Shown: positions 39,802 to 51,095 of the stretch, in pieces
Position numbering within the stretch: position 1 is the stretch's first letter
Layout: each line of letters opens with the position of its first letter
Source: an uncultured Acidobacteriota bacterium
Lineage (GTDB): Bacteria > Acidobacteriota > UBA6911
DNA: 64,000 bases
Direction: 5' to 3'
Assembly: GCA_963843575.1 (NCBI GenBank)
Contig: CAWJKZ010000013.1
Span: 128,001 to 192,000, forward strand
Program-made: the position numbers and the translations under genes
Notes under the pieces: model-generated
Told to the model about the DNA's origin: nothing
The model's database searches: none
The model's input: only the letters and a program-made list of their open reading frames with translations

Positions 39802-40567
39802 AGGGGGCGCGCGGCGCTACGCGGTGCTGAGCGGCAAAGGGGGCGTGGGCAAGTCCGTCGTCTCGGCCAACCTTGCGGCCGCCTTTTCGGCTGCCGGCCT
39901 GCGGACACTGGTGATCGACGCCGATCTGGGACTCGCCAGCCTGGACGTGATCCTGGGTATCGACGCGACTGCGACCCTGCACGACGTGCTCCGGGGAACG
40001 CACCGTTTCGAAGAAGTCGTGGTTGCCACGCCCGGGCACTTCGATCTGTTGCCCGCCGGCACCGGGCTGCTCGAGGGCACCGTGCTGACGGCCGACACGT
40101 CAGCGTCGCTGACGACCCTCCTGGATTCGGTGGATCGTCTGTACGACGCTGTCATCTACGATGTGGGCGCCGGCATTGGAGACATGGTCCTGTTCTTTGC
40201 GCAACAGGCGGACCTTGTCCTGGTCGTGGCCAACCCGGAACCCACCTCGGTAATGGACGCCTATGCGACCATCAAGGTCCTCGTGCACGAATACGGCCGC
40301 CGTGAGGTCCACCTGGTGGTGAACCGGGGCGACCCGCGCGACCCGGCCCGCACCGGAGCTACCGTGGCGGCAAACTTGCAGCAGGTAGTGTCGCAGTTCC
40401 TGCGCCAGGACGACGGTCCTCCCGTGCGGGTCGTGCTCGCGGCATCGATCCCTTCCGATCCGGCGCTGGCGCGCTCGGTTGCGGCCCAACGACTCCTGTA
40501 TGCCTCCGATCCCCGCGCACCCTCCATGCGCGCCGTCACACTACTGGCCCAGGCCGTCCGGCCCTGA
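39791..40567 (+). CDS. MinD/FlhG(FleN)-like ATPase
   Basis: SGKGGVGKS, DADLGLA, DVGAGI and PEPTSVMDAYATIK motifs. Confidence 0.87.
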   Translation: MRPEGGARRYAVLSGKGGVGKSVVSANLAAAFSAAGLRTLVIDADLGLASLDVILGIDATATLHDVLRGTHRFEEVVVATPGHFDLLPAGTGLLEGTVLTADTSASLTTLLDSVDRLYDAVIYDVGAGIGDMVLFFAQQADLVLVVANPEPTSVMDAYATIKVLVHEYGRREVHLVVNRGDPRDPARTGATVAANLQQVVSQFLRQDDGPPVRVVLAASIPSDPALARSVAAQRLLYASDPRAPSMRAVTLLAQAVRP

Positions 40568-40668
40568 GAAACAACACCGCTCGGCAGCCGTTCCCTGGAC
40601 CCTGAAAAAAGTGTGATTCGACCGGCACGGCGATTGTTATAGACTGATCCGAACAGGAGGGCGGCACA

Positions 40669-41688
40669 GTGGACACCACACCCGTTACCGCCTCGGCCGG
40701 AGAGCGCCGAGAAGCACCATCCATCGGCCTGGTTCGAGAGGCGGCGGCTGGGGATGCCGACGCCCTGATCCGGCTGTACGACACGACGGGCGCAGCTGTC
40801 CTGGGGTTCATCCTCAGCCTGCTTTCCACCCGAGACGCCGCCGAGGAGGTGCTGCTTGACACCTACACCGACGCGTGGCGCCAGGCGCCCTCGGTGGATC
40901 CCGGCCGCGGCGATGCCCTCGATTGGCTCAAGACCCTCACACGCGCCCGCGTGATCAAAAAACTGCACTCCGGCGACGCCGGCGTCAGCCCGGTCGGCAA
41001 GGACAGCGCCGATCCGGCTCCGGTGTCTCCACCGGAATACCTCAAAGACCTGCTGCTCGCTCGGCTCGCCCGCGAACCCCAGAATCCTGCGCCAAACCCG
41101 CCCTTCGCGGTCCCGCGTCCGTCCGGACCCGGAGCCGCCGACCCGGGGCGCGCCTGGTCTCCCTGGATTTTGTCGGCTGCCCTGGCCGTGGCGGCCGCCC
41201 TGGTCTTCTTCAACTGGCGCGCGGCCGAGCGGGCGAGCGAAGAACTCTCCAGTCAGGTTGCGGAGACGCTGCGCGACGCCGAGCAGATGCGGGAAAAGCT
41301 GAAGGCTCAAACCGCCAGGACCGACGAACTCGACCAGATCGACGCCCTGCTGCGGAGCCCCGGAGTGCGCATCCTTTCGGTGGAGAGCCTACCTGCCGCA
41401 CCGCATGTTTCCCTGTCGGTGTTCTGGGATGCCCAGGCGGGCAGATGCCTCCTGATGGGCATGCTGCCGGTGCCGCAGGCCGGTAAGCAGTATCAGCTCT
41501 GGCTCGTGACGCCCTCGGGCAAGGCAAGCATCGCGCTGCTCGAGCTCGACACGGCGGGGCGCGTCTTTATGAAGGTCCCTTTCCCTGCGGTCGTCCCCAG
41601 ACCCGCGAGCCTGCAAATCACGCTGGAACCTCGGGGCGGTTCGCCCCAGCCGTCGACTGATACGTATGCGGCCGGCAAGATCGGCTGA
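40669..41688 (+). CDS. ECF sigma-70 region-2-like domain fused to RskA-type anti-sigma TM and C-terminal domain
   Basis: N-terminal GDADALIRLYD..AAEEVLLDTYTDAWRQA..DPGRG..LDWL; then PPEYLKDLLLARL, one TM, a coiled coil, GKQYQLWL and ITLEPRGGSPQPS; AGGAGG RBS. Confidence 0.75.
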   Translation: MDTTPVTASAGERREAPSIGLVREAAAGDADALIRLYDTTGAAVLGFILSLLSTRDAAEEVLLDTYTDAWRQAPSVDPGRGDALDWLKTLTRARVIKKLHSGDAGVSPVGKDSADPAPVSPPEYLKDLLLARLAREPQNPAPNPPFAVPRPSGPGAADPGRAWSPWILSAALAVAAALVFFNWRAAERASEELSSQVAETLRDAEQMREKLKAQTARTDELDQIDALLRSPGVRILSVESLPAAPHVSLSVFWDAQAGRCLLMGMLPVPQAGKQYQLWLVTPSGKASIALLELDTAGRVFMKVPFPAVVPRPASLQITLEPRGGSPQPSTDTYAAGKIG

Positions 41689-41689
41689 G

Positions 41690-41790
41690 TCGGCGTGCGG
41701 CGCCGCTCAAATACAACTGCAACAACCTGCCACGGAAAGCACCGAAACCACGGAATTTCAAATGTCAGTCTTCCGTGCCTTCCGTGGCGA
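41690..41790. repeat. Family-B palindromic element between convergent genes
   Basis: gccacggaaagcac (41729-41742) with inverted partner gtgccttccgtggc (41775-41788); shares its left arm with 35008-35034. Confidence 0.65.
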
Positions 41791-41825
41791 GGCTTTTGGA
41801 TTTTCCCCGTTTCCTGCACGAGGGC

Positions 41826-42308
41826 CTACACCCGGTTCAGCTGCCAGATCGCATAGTTGAGCGCCGCCGCGAAAGTGACCCACAGAAGGTAGGGGACGAG
41901 GAGGAATCCCGCCAGAGCGGAGGTGCGCCAGAATGCAACGGTGGTCGCGAGAATTGCGCCCCAGAGTACGACGATTTCCGCAAACGCAGGCCCGGGCGAC
42001 CGGGCGCCGAAGAATATCACTGACCAGAGCACATTCAGGCCCAGCTGAATGAAGAACCACCACAGTGCCCGGGACACGCCCGGAGCATCCGTCTTCCAGA
42101 CCAGCCAGCCGGCCACTGCCATGCACAGATAGAGGACTGACCACACCGGACCGAAGACTCGGGCCGGCGGGTTCCACGCGGGCTTCCTCAGGGTCGGATA
42201 CCAGGAGCCCACCGTAGTGGATGTGGCCAGCGAACCCACACCCGCCGCTGCGAAGCAGACGAAGATGAACAACACCAGCGTGGCCCAGCCGCGCACACCG
42301 CCTGTCAT
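41826..42308 (-). CDS. tspO: TspO/MBR tryptophan-rich sensory protein
   Basis: WYPTLRKPAWNPP..VFGPVWSVLY, QLGLNVLWS and PYLLWVTFAAALN motifs. Confidence 0.92.
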   Translation of the reverse strand: MTGGVRGWATLVLFIFVCFAAAGVGSLATSTTVGSWYPTLRKPAWNPPARVFGPVWSVLYLCMAVAGWLVWKTDAPGVSRALWWFFIQLGLNVLWSVIFFGARSPGPAFAEIVVLWGAILATTVAFWRTSALAGFLLVPYLLWVTFAAALNYAIWQLNRV

Positions 42309-42444
42309 ATATGGATCCTCCCGTGGACATAGGAATATTGCACGAGCCCGAAGCCATATGCCAGTGGCCCGCAAACCGCCTTGACTCCCGTGGAGCGTTC
42401 CCGGAAGATGGCGGCAGAACCTTCCCAACCCCACGGAGGCACGA

Positions 42445-43314
<870 letters not shown>

Positions 43315-43457
43315 AGGCTGCGAGTGCTGGGCAGCGAGCCCGGGGCCTGCCGGCTTCCCGCCGGGATTCCAGTTACGAATTTTGATTTCGTAATCCCCGG
43401 GGCGCTGTGCGGCCAAACCCATTTAACATCGGCATTTGGGCGTTGTCCGTGAATGGC

Positions 43458-43487
43458 TTGACACCCGTTCGCCTTGGGGTGTAAACA
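43458..43487 (+). promoter_or_regulatory. Possible sigma-70 promoter of the two-component cluster
   Basis: TTGACA at 43458 and TAAACA 18 nt downstream; the -10 element is weak. Confidence 0.35.
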
Positions 43488-43535
43488 CATAACCGTCAAG
43501 TGCCGCATTCATACGTTTCTTCCGGAGGTCGAATC

Positions 43536-43982
43536 ATGGCCACCACAGAAGGTACAATTCTCGTCATAGACGACGACTCGGACTTCCGGGCATCGGTGAC
43601 GGTGGTGCTGGAGGCTCAGGGTTACAGGGTGCTGGGCGCCGCAAGCGCCAGGGAGGGGCTGGCGAAGATCGCCGCTGAGAGTCCGGACCTGCTCATTCTC
43701 GATATCATGATGGAACACGACTCAGCGGGGTACGAAGTCAATCAAGCGGTGAAGTTCCGAGACGAGTATCAGCTCGCGCACGACATACCCATCGTAATGG
43801 TTTCATCCATCCCGCTTGACCCTGCCACTCGCTTCGACCGGGCCGCCGAAGTGGGAATGATCACTCCGGATTGCTACATGACGAAGCCGCTCAATTTCAC
43901 GGACTTTGTCGCACAGGTGCGCGACCTGCTGGCACGACGCAACAGGCGGGCAGCCGCCAAGGCTGGAACGTCCGCGTCCTGA
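43536..43982 (+). CDS. Single-domain response regulator
   Basis: VIDDD, LDIMM, VSS and KP receiver motifs; GGAGG RBS. Confidence 0.88.
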   Translation: MATTEGTILVIDDDSDFRASVTVVLEAQGYRVLGAASAREGLAKIAAESPDLLILDIMMEHDSAGYEVNQAVKFRDEYQLAHDIPIVMVSSIPLDPATRFDRAAEVGMITPDCYMTKPLNFTDFVAQVRDLLARRNRRAAAKAGTSAS

Positions 43983-44125
43983 AATCGTCGGCCTTCGGCG
44001 AGCTGGTCGGGATTCCCGGCACTGCACTCCCAGGCGGGGCTGGGATCTTCGACCCACTGACCCGCATCGACTCCCCGGGTGCGGGAAGGGGCGGATGTCC
44101 GCCCGGGATGCGTGAGACACCTCAA

Positions 44126-45280
44126 ATGGCCAAACCTGCCCTGGAAAAGCCTGTAATCGTCATAGACGACGACGAGATCATGCGGCTCTCGTGCGAGCAG
44201 ATCCTGCGCAAATGCGGCTACACGGTCGAAACCTTCGGCAACGGTCACGACGGCATCCGGCGTGTCCGCGAGCTGCGCCCGCCCCTGCTGATCGTGGACA
44301 TCAAGATGCCCGAGCTGGACGGGTTCGAGGTCATCGAGATCGTCCGACAGATCGACCGGGACCTGGTCATCGTCGTCATCACGGGTTATGCAACCATCGA
44401 GACTGCCGTCGACGCGATGAAGGCCGGCGCCTACGATTTTCTCCCGAAGCCTTTCACGCCGGGAGAGCTGCGCCTTATCATCGATCGCGGCTTCGAACGC
44501 TGGCGCCTGACTAGGGAGGCGCAACGGCTGCGCGACGAAAAGGAGGCGGTCGAACACAGGTTTGCGACGCTCGTCTCGCACCAGCTCAAATCCCCCCTGG
44601 TGGCCGTCAAGCAATACCTCGACGTCCTGCTGTTCTCGATGAGAGACCAGCTCCCGGACAAGGCGGTGGAATGGATTTCGCGGTCGCAGCTGCGGCTCGC
44701 GGAAATGCTGACCATCATTCACGACTGGTTGGCGCTTGGAAAGATCGAACGGGGAGCCTTGTGCGACAAGACGGCGTCGACCGATCTGGCCGAGGCGGTG
44801 AACGCGGTCATCCGGGAGAACCAGCAGCTGCCGGCGGCTGCCGACATCGCCTTCGAAACGGCGCTCGCCCCGGACATGCCGCCGGTGGCAGGGGACGCTG
44901 TCAGCATCACCATGCTGGTCGCGAACCTGGTGGGAAACGCGGTCAAATACAACCGCCCCGGAGGGAAAGTGGCAGTCCGGAGCCGGTGCGAAGGGGAGCA
45001 TGTGTTGCTCGAGGTGCACGACACCGGGATCGGCATTCCGGAGAGCGCGCTCCCACGCCTGTTCGAGGAGTTTTTCCGAGTCAGGAACGAGGCGACCCAG
45101 GACATACCGGGGACGGGACTGGGGCTCCTGATCTGCAAGAGGATCGCCGACGAACTCGGCGGGTCGATCGAGGTGGCCAGCAAAGAGGGGGAGTGTACAA
45201 CCTTCCTTGTCCGACTGCCGCGGCGGGAAGCGGGCAAACGCCCGTTGGACGGGCGTGGCCAGGAAGGTGAGATGAGATGA
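44126..45280 (+). CDS. Receiver-HisKA-HATPase hybrid kinase
   Basis: Receiver (DDD, DIKMP, KP), then SHQLKSPL, NLVGNAVKY, DTGIGI and GTGLGL. Confidence 0.9.
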   Translation: MAKPALEKPVIVIDDDEIMRLSCEQILRKCGYTVETFGNGHDGIRRVRELRPPLLIVDIKMPELDGFEVIEIVRQIDRDLVIVVITGYATIETAVDAMKAGAYDFLPKPFTPGELRLIIDRGFERWRLTREAQRLRDEKEAVEHRFATLVSHQLKSPLVAVKQYLDVLLFSMRDQLPDKAVEWISRSQLRLAEMLTIIHDWLALGKIERGALCDKTASTDLAEAVNAVIRENQQLPAAADIAFETALAPDMPPVAGDAVSITMLVANLVGNAVKYNRPGGKVAVRSRCEGEHVLLEVHDTGIGIPESALPRLFEEFFRVRNEATQDIPGTGLGLLICKRIADELGGSIEVASKEGECTTFLVRLPRREAGKRPLDGRGQEGEMR

Positions 45281-45714
45281 GCGACTCGAAGTCGGTGCTG
45301 ATCGTCGACGACGACCGTGACTACGTCACCGCCATTGCCGCCCTGCTCGAAGCGGGCGGATACCGGACCCTCAGCGCAAGCAACGGGCGCGCCGGCTTGG
45401 AGGTAGCCAAAGAGCACCACCCCGACCTGGTCCTGCTCGACGTGATGATGACCGAGAGGACCGAGGGCTTCTCCACCCTGCAGGAGTTCCGCAGGATACC
45501 CGGGCTGACCGACACCCCCGTCATCGTTATCTCCTCGATCTACACCGATCAGCCGATCTTCCAGGTCAGCCCCGAGGCGGGCGGGCTTCCAGCGGACGTT
45601 TTCCTGCCAAAGCCCGTGGACCCGGCGCGCCTCCTGGAGGAAGTGCGGCGCTTGACGGGGGACGACTACCGCAAGTCCAGATACCTCGCAACCGACGGCG
45701 GGAGGAACTCATGA
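45277..45714 (+). CDS. Single-domain response regulator
   Basis: VDDD, LDVMM, ISS and KP motifs; ATGA overlap with the upstream gene. Confidence 0.88.
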   Translation: MSDSKSVLIVDDDRDYVTAIAALLEAGGYRTLSASNGRAGLEVAKEHHPDLVLLDVMMTERTEGFSTLQEFRRIPGLTDTPVIVISSIYTDQPIFQVSPEAGGLPADVFLPKPVDPARLLEEVRRLTGDDYRKSRYLATDGGRNS

Positions 45715-45838
45715 AAATCTCGGGAATCTCAGAGCCCCTGGGGTCCCGGAGGTGAGCTCTTTCATACTGCCTCGCAGGCGCGAAGTACTCGAGGCCCCGC
45801 CAAGTCCGGAGCGCCCGGCGCCGGGGTTGTGAGAACCC

Positions 45839-47836
45839 ATGATCAGCCGACTTCGCGACATATCCCTCCGCGCTAAAATCACGGTCAGCTTCGTCCTGAT
45901 CGTTCTGGGCGGGACCTTCGTCTCCACTTCCATCGGCTCCCGGATCATCGCCAACGCGATGCGCAAAGAGGCCCTGAAGCAGGCGAGCCGCGGGCTCGAG
46001 ACCGCCGGGACCGTCTACACGGCGAGGCTCGACGGATTGCGCAAGTCCGTCGTCGCCGCAGCGGCCCAGGAACGGCTGGCCGCCGCGTTCTCCGGCGGGG
46101 ACGGGGAGGCGCTCCAGCAGGTGCTGTCCGACATCGCGCAAGAGAACGACCTCGACTTTCTCACCGTCGTCGCCCCGGGGACGGGTCCGGCAGCGCCCGC
46201 TGCGGATCCTGCCGCCCCGGACTCCCCTGGAGGTTTCCCCTCCCAGGCGATCCTCGATGCGCTCGGGGCCGGCAAAAGCTTCGCCGGAACGGAAGTGCTC
46301 GACCTGAACGCGCTCCGGGCAGCAAACCCGGCTCTGCCCGGGAGGGCTACGGTGACCGCCGATGGTTCGGGACGGTCGACCCGTGCGGGAATGGCCTTGG
46401 TCGCCGCGGCTCCTTTGCGCGTCGCCCGCAGAGCCTACAAGGGCGAGTCCTTTCTCTACGGCGGCATCCTGCTCGACGGCAACCACGAGTTGATCGATCA
46501 AATGGTGCGCCTCATCTACGGCCGTGATCAGGCGTCCGGGAGGGATACCGGCGCGGTCTCGATCTATCTGGGCGACCGGCGCATCTCGACCAATATCGCA
46601 AACGACCCGGCAAGTCGCGCCGTGGGGGTACACGTCTCGCCGGAAGTCGCTCGCGCGGTCCTGCGTGAGGGGGGGCGCTGGTCCGGCAGGGTACTGGAAC
46701 CCGACGGCTGGCATATGGCGGCCTACCAGCCGATCCGCGACCACTCCGGCGGCATCGTCGGCATCCTGGGCGTCGGGCTGCTCGAGGCGCCGTTCCTTGC
46801 CGTGCGGACCGACATGATGCTCACGTTCCTGATCGTGGCGGTGGCCGGCGTGCTCGTCGTTCTAGGTCTGACCTACCTGATCACCCGCAGCATGATCCAC
46901 CCCCTGGAAGAAATGGTCGTCGCCAGCAACCGGATCGCCGCGGGCGATCTCGATCACCGTGTAAACGTCAGGTCACAGGACGAGATCGGTCTGCTCGCCG
47001 GCTCCTTCAACAAGATGCTGGCCAGCATCAAAACCATGAAGCTCGAGCTCGAGGAGTGGGGCCGTACCCTAGAGGAGAAGGTCAGGACCCGGACCGAGGA
47101 ACTCGTCACCGTGCGAACCCAGATGGTGCAGTCCGAAAAACTTGCGTCCTTAGGGCGTCTGGCTGCCGGCGTCGCCCACGAGATCAACAACCCTCTCGGG
47201 GGAATCCTCTCGTTCAGCATGCTTGCGCTGGAAGACTGCCCTGCCGACCACCCGATGCGACAGAACCTGGAAATCATCGTCAAGCAGACCTTGCGTTGCC
47301 GCGAGACGGTGAAGGGGCTGCTCGATTTCGCCCGGCAGTCGAGCACACCCGCCAGTGCCATAGAGGTGAGCGCGGTCGTGGACAAGACGCTCTCCCTGCT
47401 GGAAAACCAGTCTATCTTTCACGACATACGCATCGTAAAGGCGCTGCAACCGGCGCTTCCCAATGTTCTGATCGATGCCGGGCAGTTGCAGCAGGTCGTC
47501 GTCAACATCGTCCTCAACGCGGTCGACGCGATGGAGGAGAGCGGCGTCCTCACGGTCGAAACCCTGAAGTCCGGGCAGACGGAAGAGGTGCTTCTGCGCA
47601 TCAGCGATACCGGGAAAGGCATTGCGGAGGACGTGCTCCCCTTCATATTCGAACCGTTCTTCACCACGAAGAAGGTCGGGCGGGGCACCGGGCTCGGGTT
47701 GTCCATCGTGCACGGGATCGTCACGCGCGCCGGGGGGAAGATCGATGTGGCGACCTCACCCAAGGGCACCGTCTTCACCGTCCGAGTCCCGATCGCGGAC
47801 GAGGAGAAGGGCGCGGGTGCCGGCTCGAGACCCTAG
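45839..47836 (+). CDS. Membrane sensor histidine kinase (Cache-like, HAMP, NtrB-type HisKA)
   Basis: Two TM segments, RRISTN Cache-like segment, DEIGLLAGSFN, AHEINNPL and FEPFFTTK..GTGLGL motifs. Confidence 0.9.
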   Translation: MISRLRDISLRAKITVSFVLIVLGGTFVSTSIGSRIIANAMRKEALKQASRGLETAGTVYTARLDGLRKSVVAAAAQERLAAAFSGGDGEALQQVLSDIAQENDLDFLTVVAPGTGPAAPAADPAAPDSPGGFPSQAILDALGAGKSFAGTEVLDLNALRAANPALPGRATVTADGSGRSTRAGMALVAAAPLRVARRAYKGESFLYGGILLDGNHELIDQMVRLIYGRDQASGRDTGAVSIYLGDRRISTNIANDPASRAVGVHVSPEVARAVLREGGRWSGRVLEPDGWHMAAYQPIRDHSGGIVGILGVGLLEAPFLAVRTDMMLTFLIVAVAGVLVVLGLTYLITRSMIHPLEEMVVASNRIAAGDLDHRVNVRSQDEIGLLAGSFNKMLASIKTMKLELEEWGRTLEEKVRTRTEELVTVRTQMVQSEKLASLGRLAAGVAHEINNPLGGILSFSMLALEDCPADHPMRQNLEIIVKQTLRCRETVKGLLDFARQSSTPASAIEVSAVVDKTLSLLENQSIFHDIRIVKALQPALPNVLIDAGQLQQVVVNIVLNAVDAMEESGVLTVETLKSGQTEEVLLRISDTGKGIAEDVLPFIFEPFFTTKKVGRGTGLGLSIVHGIVTRAGGKIDVATSPKGTVFTVRVPIADEEKGAGAGSRP

Positions 47837-47940
47837 TACGCAGTTTCACAATTCTGCTGACGTGTTCTCAGGATTGCCCAGAATAACGCGGCTGTGATTG
47901 GTGTTCATCTGCGGCTGGACCGGTCAAGGAAGACAAGGGC

Positions 47941-48042
47941 AAAAGCAGAACGCGGATCAACGCGGATGCACGCGGCCTGACACCAAAGCCTCTGTTTTTG
48001 ATCTGCGCGAGTCCGCGTCCATCCGCGTCCGAAAAAAACGTC
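47941..48042. repeat. Family-C palindromic element, diverged copy
   Basis: cagaacgcggatcaacgcggatgcacgcgg ... atctgcgcgagtccgcgtccatccgcgtccgaaaaaaacgtca. Confidence 0.7.
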
Positions 48043-48263
48043 ATCTTATTTATTCAATTGACCACTTATCCCGGATGGGCCGCGAACATCGTCGCGGGCG
48101 ACCGGACCCAGCAGCCGGCCGCCTTCCCACTTGACACTTTAGCGCGCCAGTTCATCCCATCGCGCACGCGGCGGGGTGATATGCTTGGCTGGCCGCAGAA
48201 GGCGATTCGGAGCATCGGCGGGTGCCGATGCTCCGCCGAACTCTACATGGAGGACAGCTGACG

Positions 48264-51084
48264 ATGCCCGGGTATGAGCCGCAAGCCATTGAGCTGAAAT
48301 GGCAGCAATTCTGGGAACGGAACAAAACGTTTCGCGCGCTCGAGGATACCAGCCTGCCGAAGCTCTATGTGCTCGACATGTTCCCTTACCCTTCCGGCGA
48401 GGGGCTGCACGTCGGCCACCCCGAAGGGTACACCGCGACCGACATGTACTGCCGGTTTCAGCGGATGCGCGGCTACAACGTCCTGCACCCGATGGGCTAC
48501 GACGCTTTCGGCCTGCCCGCGGAGCAGTACGCCATCCAAACCGGGACGCACCCGAGGATGACCACCGAACGCAACATCGCGAACATACGGCGCCAGATCA
48601 AGCAGCTGGGTTTCAGCTACGACTGGGACCGCGAGCTGGCGACGACCGATGTCGGGTACATGCGGTGGACACAGTGGATCTTCCTGGTGCTGTTCGACAC
48701 CTGGTACGATCCGGACTTCGAGTGGGTGGCGGCCGACGGCAGGCAGCGCCGGGGGAAGGGTCGGCCCATCGCGGAGTTGCCGATCCCGGAGGCCGTTGCC
48801 GCGGCGGGAGCCGAGGCGCGTACGTCGCTACCAGGACTCGTTTCGCCTGGCGTACCAGGCCGAGTCTCCCGTGAACTGGTGCCCCGCACTCGGCACCGTC
48901 CTCGCCGACGAAGAGGTGATCAACGGACGCTCCGAGCGCGGCGACCACCCCGTGCAGCGCATCCCGCTGCGCCAGTGGATGCTGCGCATCACCGCCTACG
49001 CCGACCGGCTCGTCGAAGACCTCGACGAGCTGACGTGGCCGGAGCCGATCAAGGAGATGCAGCGCAACTGGGTCGGGCGCAGCGAGGGGGCGGAGGTGGA
49101 TTTCTACGCCGGCACCGCCGGCGCCGGATACGAGGCGTGGCGTGCGGCGCGAGCCGCAAAAGGATATCCTGGAGCGCGCTGGCGTCGATGCGATCCGCGT
49201 TTACACGACCCGGCCGGACACGCTCTTCGGCGCCACCTACATGGTGCTCGCGCCCGAGCATCCGCTGGTCGACCGGATGACCACCGCCGAACACAAGGGC
49301 GAAGTCGACGCCTACAGGAACCGGGTCGCGACCATGAGCGAAGAGGATCGCATCGCCGGACGCGGCGAGAAGAGCGGCGTCTTCACCGGCGGCTTCGCGA
49401 TCAATCCCGTCACCAACGAAGCAGGTCCCGATCTGGATCGCGGACTACGTCCTGATCAGCTACGGCACCGGCGCCATCATGGCGGTTCCCGGTCACGACC
49501 AGCGCGACTTCGAATTCGCGTCGAAGTTCGGACTGCCCGTCCGGGCCGTGGTCATGCCCCCGAAGAGCTGGCTGGAAGTGCGCCATGCCACCGTCGAGGA
49601 CTTCGGGCGGCGGGTCGGCGAATTGACCGACTCCTTCGTCGACGAGGGCACCGCGATGAACTCCGCGAACCCGCAGGTCTCGCTCGACGGCCTGCCGACC
49701 GCGGAGGCCAAGAAACGCATCACAGCGTGGCTGGTCGCCGCCGGTCTCGGCCGTGGCGCCGTGAAGTACAAGCTGCGCGACTGGCTTTTCAGCCGGCAGC
49801 GCTACTGGGGCGAGCCGATCCCCATCCTGCACGAGCTGGACGCCTCAGGGAAGCCCTCCGGCCTCACCCGGGCCGTCGCCGAATCCGACCTGCCGGTGCT
49901 GCTTCCCGAAATGGAGGATTTCAAGCCGACCGGACGGCCGGGCGGGCCGCTGGAAAAGGCGACCGACTGGATCCGAGTGCACCGCGACGGCCGCGACTAC
50001 CTGCGCGAGACCAACACGATGCCCCAGTGGGCGGGTTCGTGCTGGTACTACCTCCGTTTCTGCGATCCGCGAAACCAGGATGCGGCCTGGGATCCGGCCA
50101 AGGAGCGCTACTGGATGCCGGTCGACCTCTACGTCGGCGGCGCCGAGCATGCCGTCCTGCACCTGCTCTACGCCCGGTTCTGGCACAAGGTGCTCTTCGA
50201 CCGCGGGCACGTCTCGACCGCCGAGCCGTTCCGGCGCCTCATCAACCAGGGGATGATCCTCTCGATCACCTACCGCACCGCCGAAGGACGGGTCGTTCCC
50301 TACACGAAGATCGATTTTACCGACGGCAAGGCGCTCCACGCCGACAACGACGAGGAACTCCAGGGCGTCACCGAGAAAATGTCCAAGTCGCGCGGCAACG
50401 TGATCCCGGTCGATGTCCCGCTCAAGCAGTACGGAGCGGACACGACCCGGCTCTACGAGATGTTCATGGGCCCGCTCGAGGTGACCAAGCCCTGGAGCAT
50501 GCAGGGCGTCGAGGGGATCAGCCGCTTTCTCAACCGGGCCTGGCGACTGATCATCGACGAGGATGCCGACTCGATGGGCTTGAGCCCGCGCATCGTCGAA
50601 CAGCCGGCGACGGAAGAGCAGCTCCGGGTTCTGCACAAGACTATCCGGACCGTCACCGAGGACATCGAAGCGCTGCGCCTGAACACCGCCATCAGCCGGC
50701 TCATGGAGTTCGTCAACTACTTCACTTCCCAGGCGGCCCGACCCCGTGCCTGCATCGAGCCGTTCGTCCTGATGCTCGCGCCTCTGGCCCCCCACATCGC
50801 CGAGGAACTGTGGCAGGCGCTGGGCCATGCCGAGTCGCTCGCATACGCGCCCTGGCCCGTATTCGACGAGCGCTACACCCGGGAGGATACGATTGCGGTT
50901 GCCGGTTCAGATCAACGGGAGGCTCCGCGGCCACGTCACGATGCCCGCATCGGCCGGCAACGAACAAATACGCGAGGCGGCCCTGTCCGACCCGAAGATT
51001 CAGCGGTACATTGAGGGGAGCACGATCCGCAAGGTGATCGTGGTCCCGGGTAAACTGGTCAGCATCGTGATCGGTCAGAAATAA
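48264..51084 (+). CDS. leuS: Leucine--tRNA ligase, interrupted by four apparent +1 frameshifts (~48819, ~49171, ~49420, ~50898)
   Basis: [49 protein letters not shown] and PVQINGRLR motifs spread in order over five successive reading segments. Confidence 0.93.
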
Positions 51085-51095
51085 GGGAAGAAGCC

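Noticed and set aside
39791-40567. ParA of a plasmid or prophage partition system
   Set aside because: Motifs match MinD/FlhG; no parB, integrase or phage genes are nearby.
48264-51084. leuS as a true pseudogene or programmed-frameshift gene
   Set aside because: It is essential, its motifs are intact, all shifts are +1 without a shared slippery site, and neighbouring genes show the same error type.
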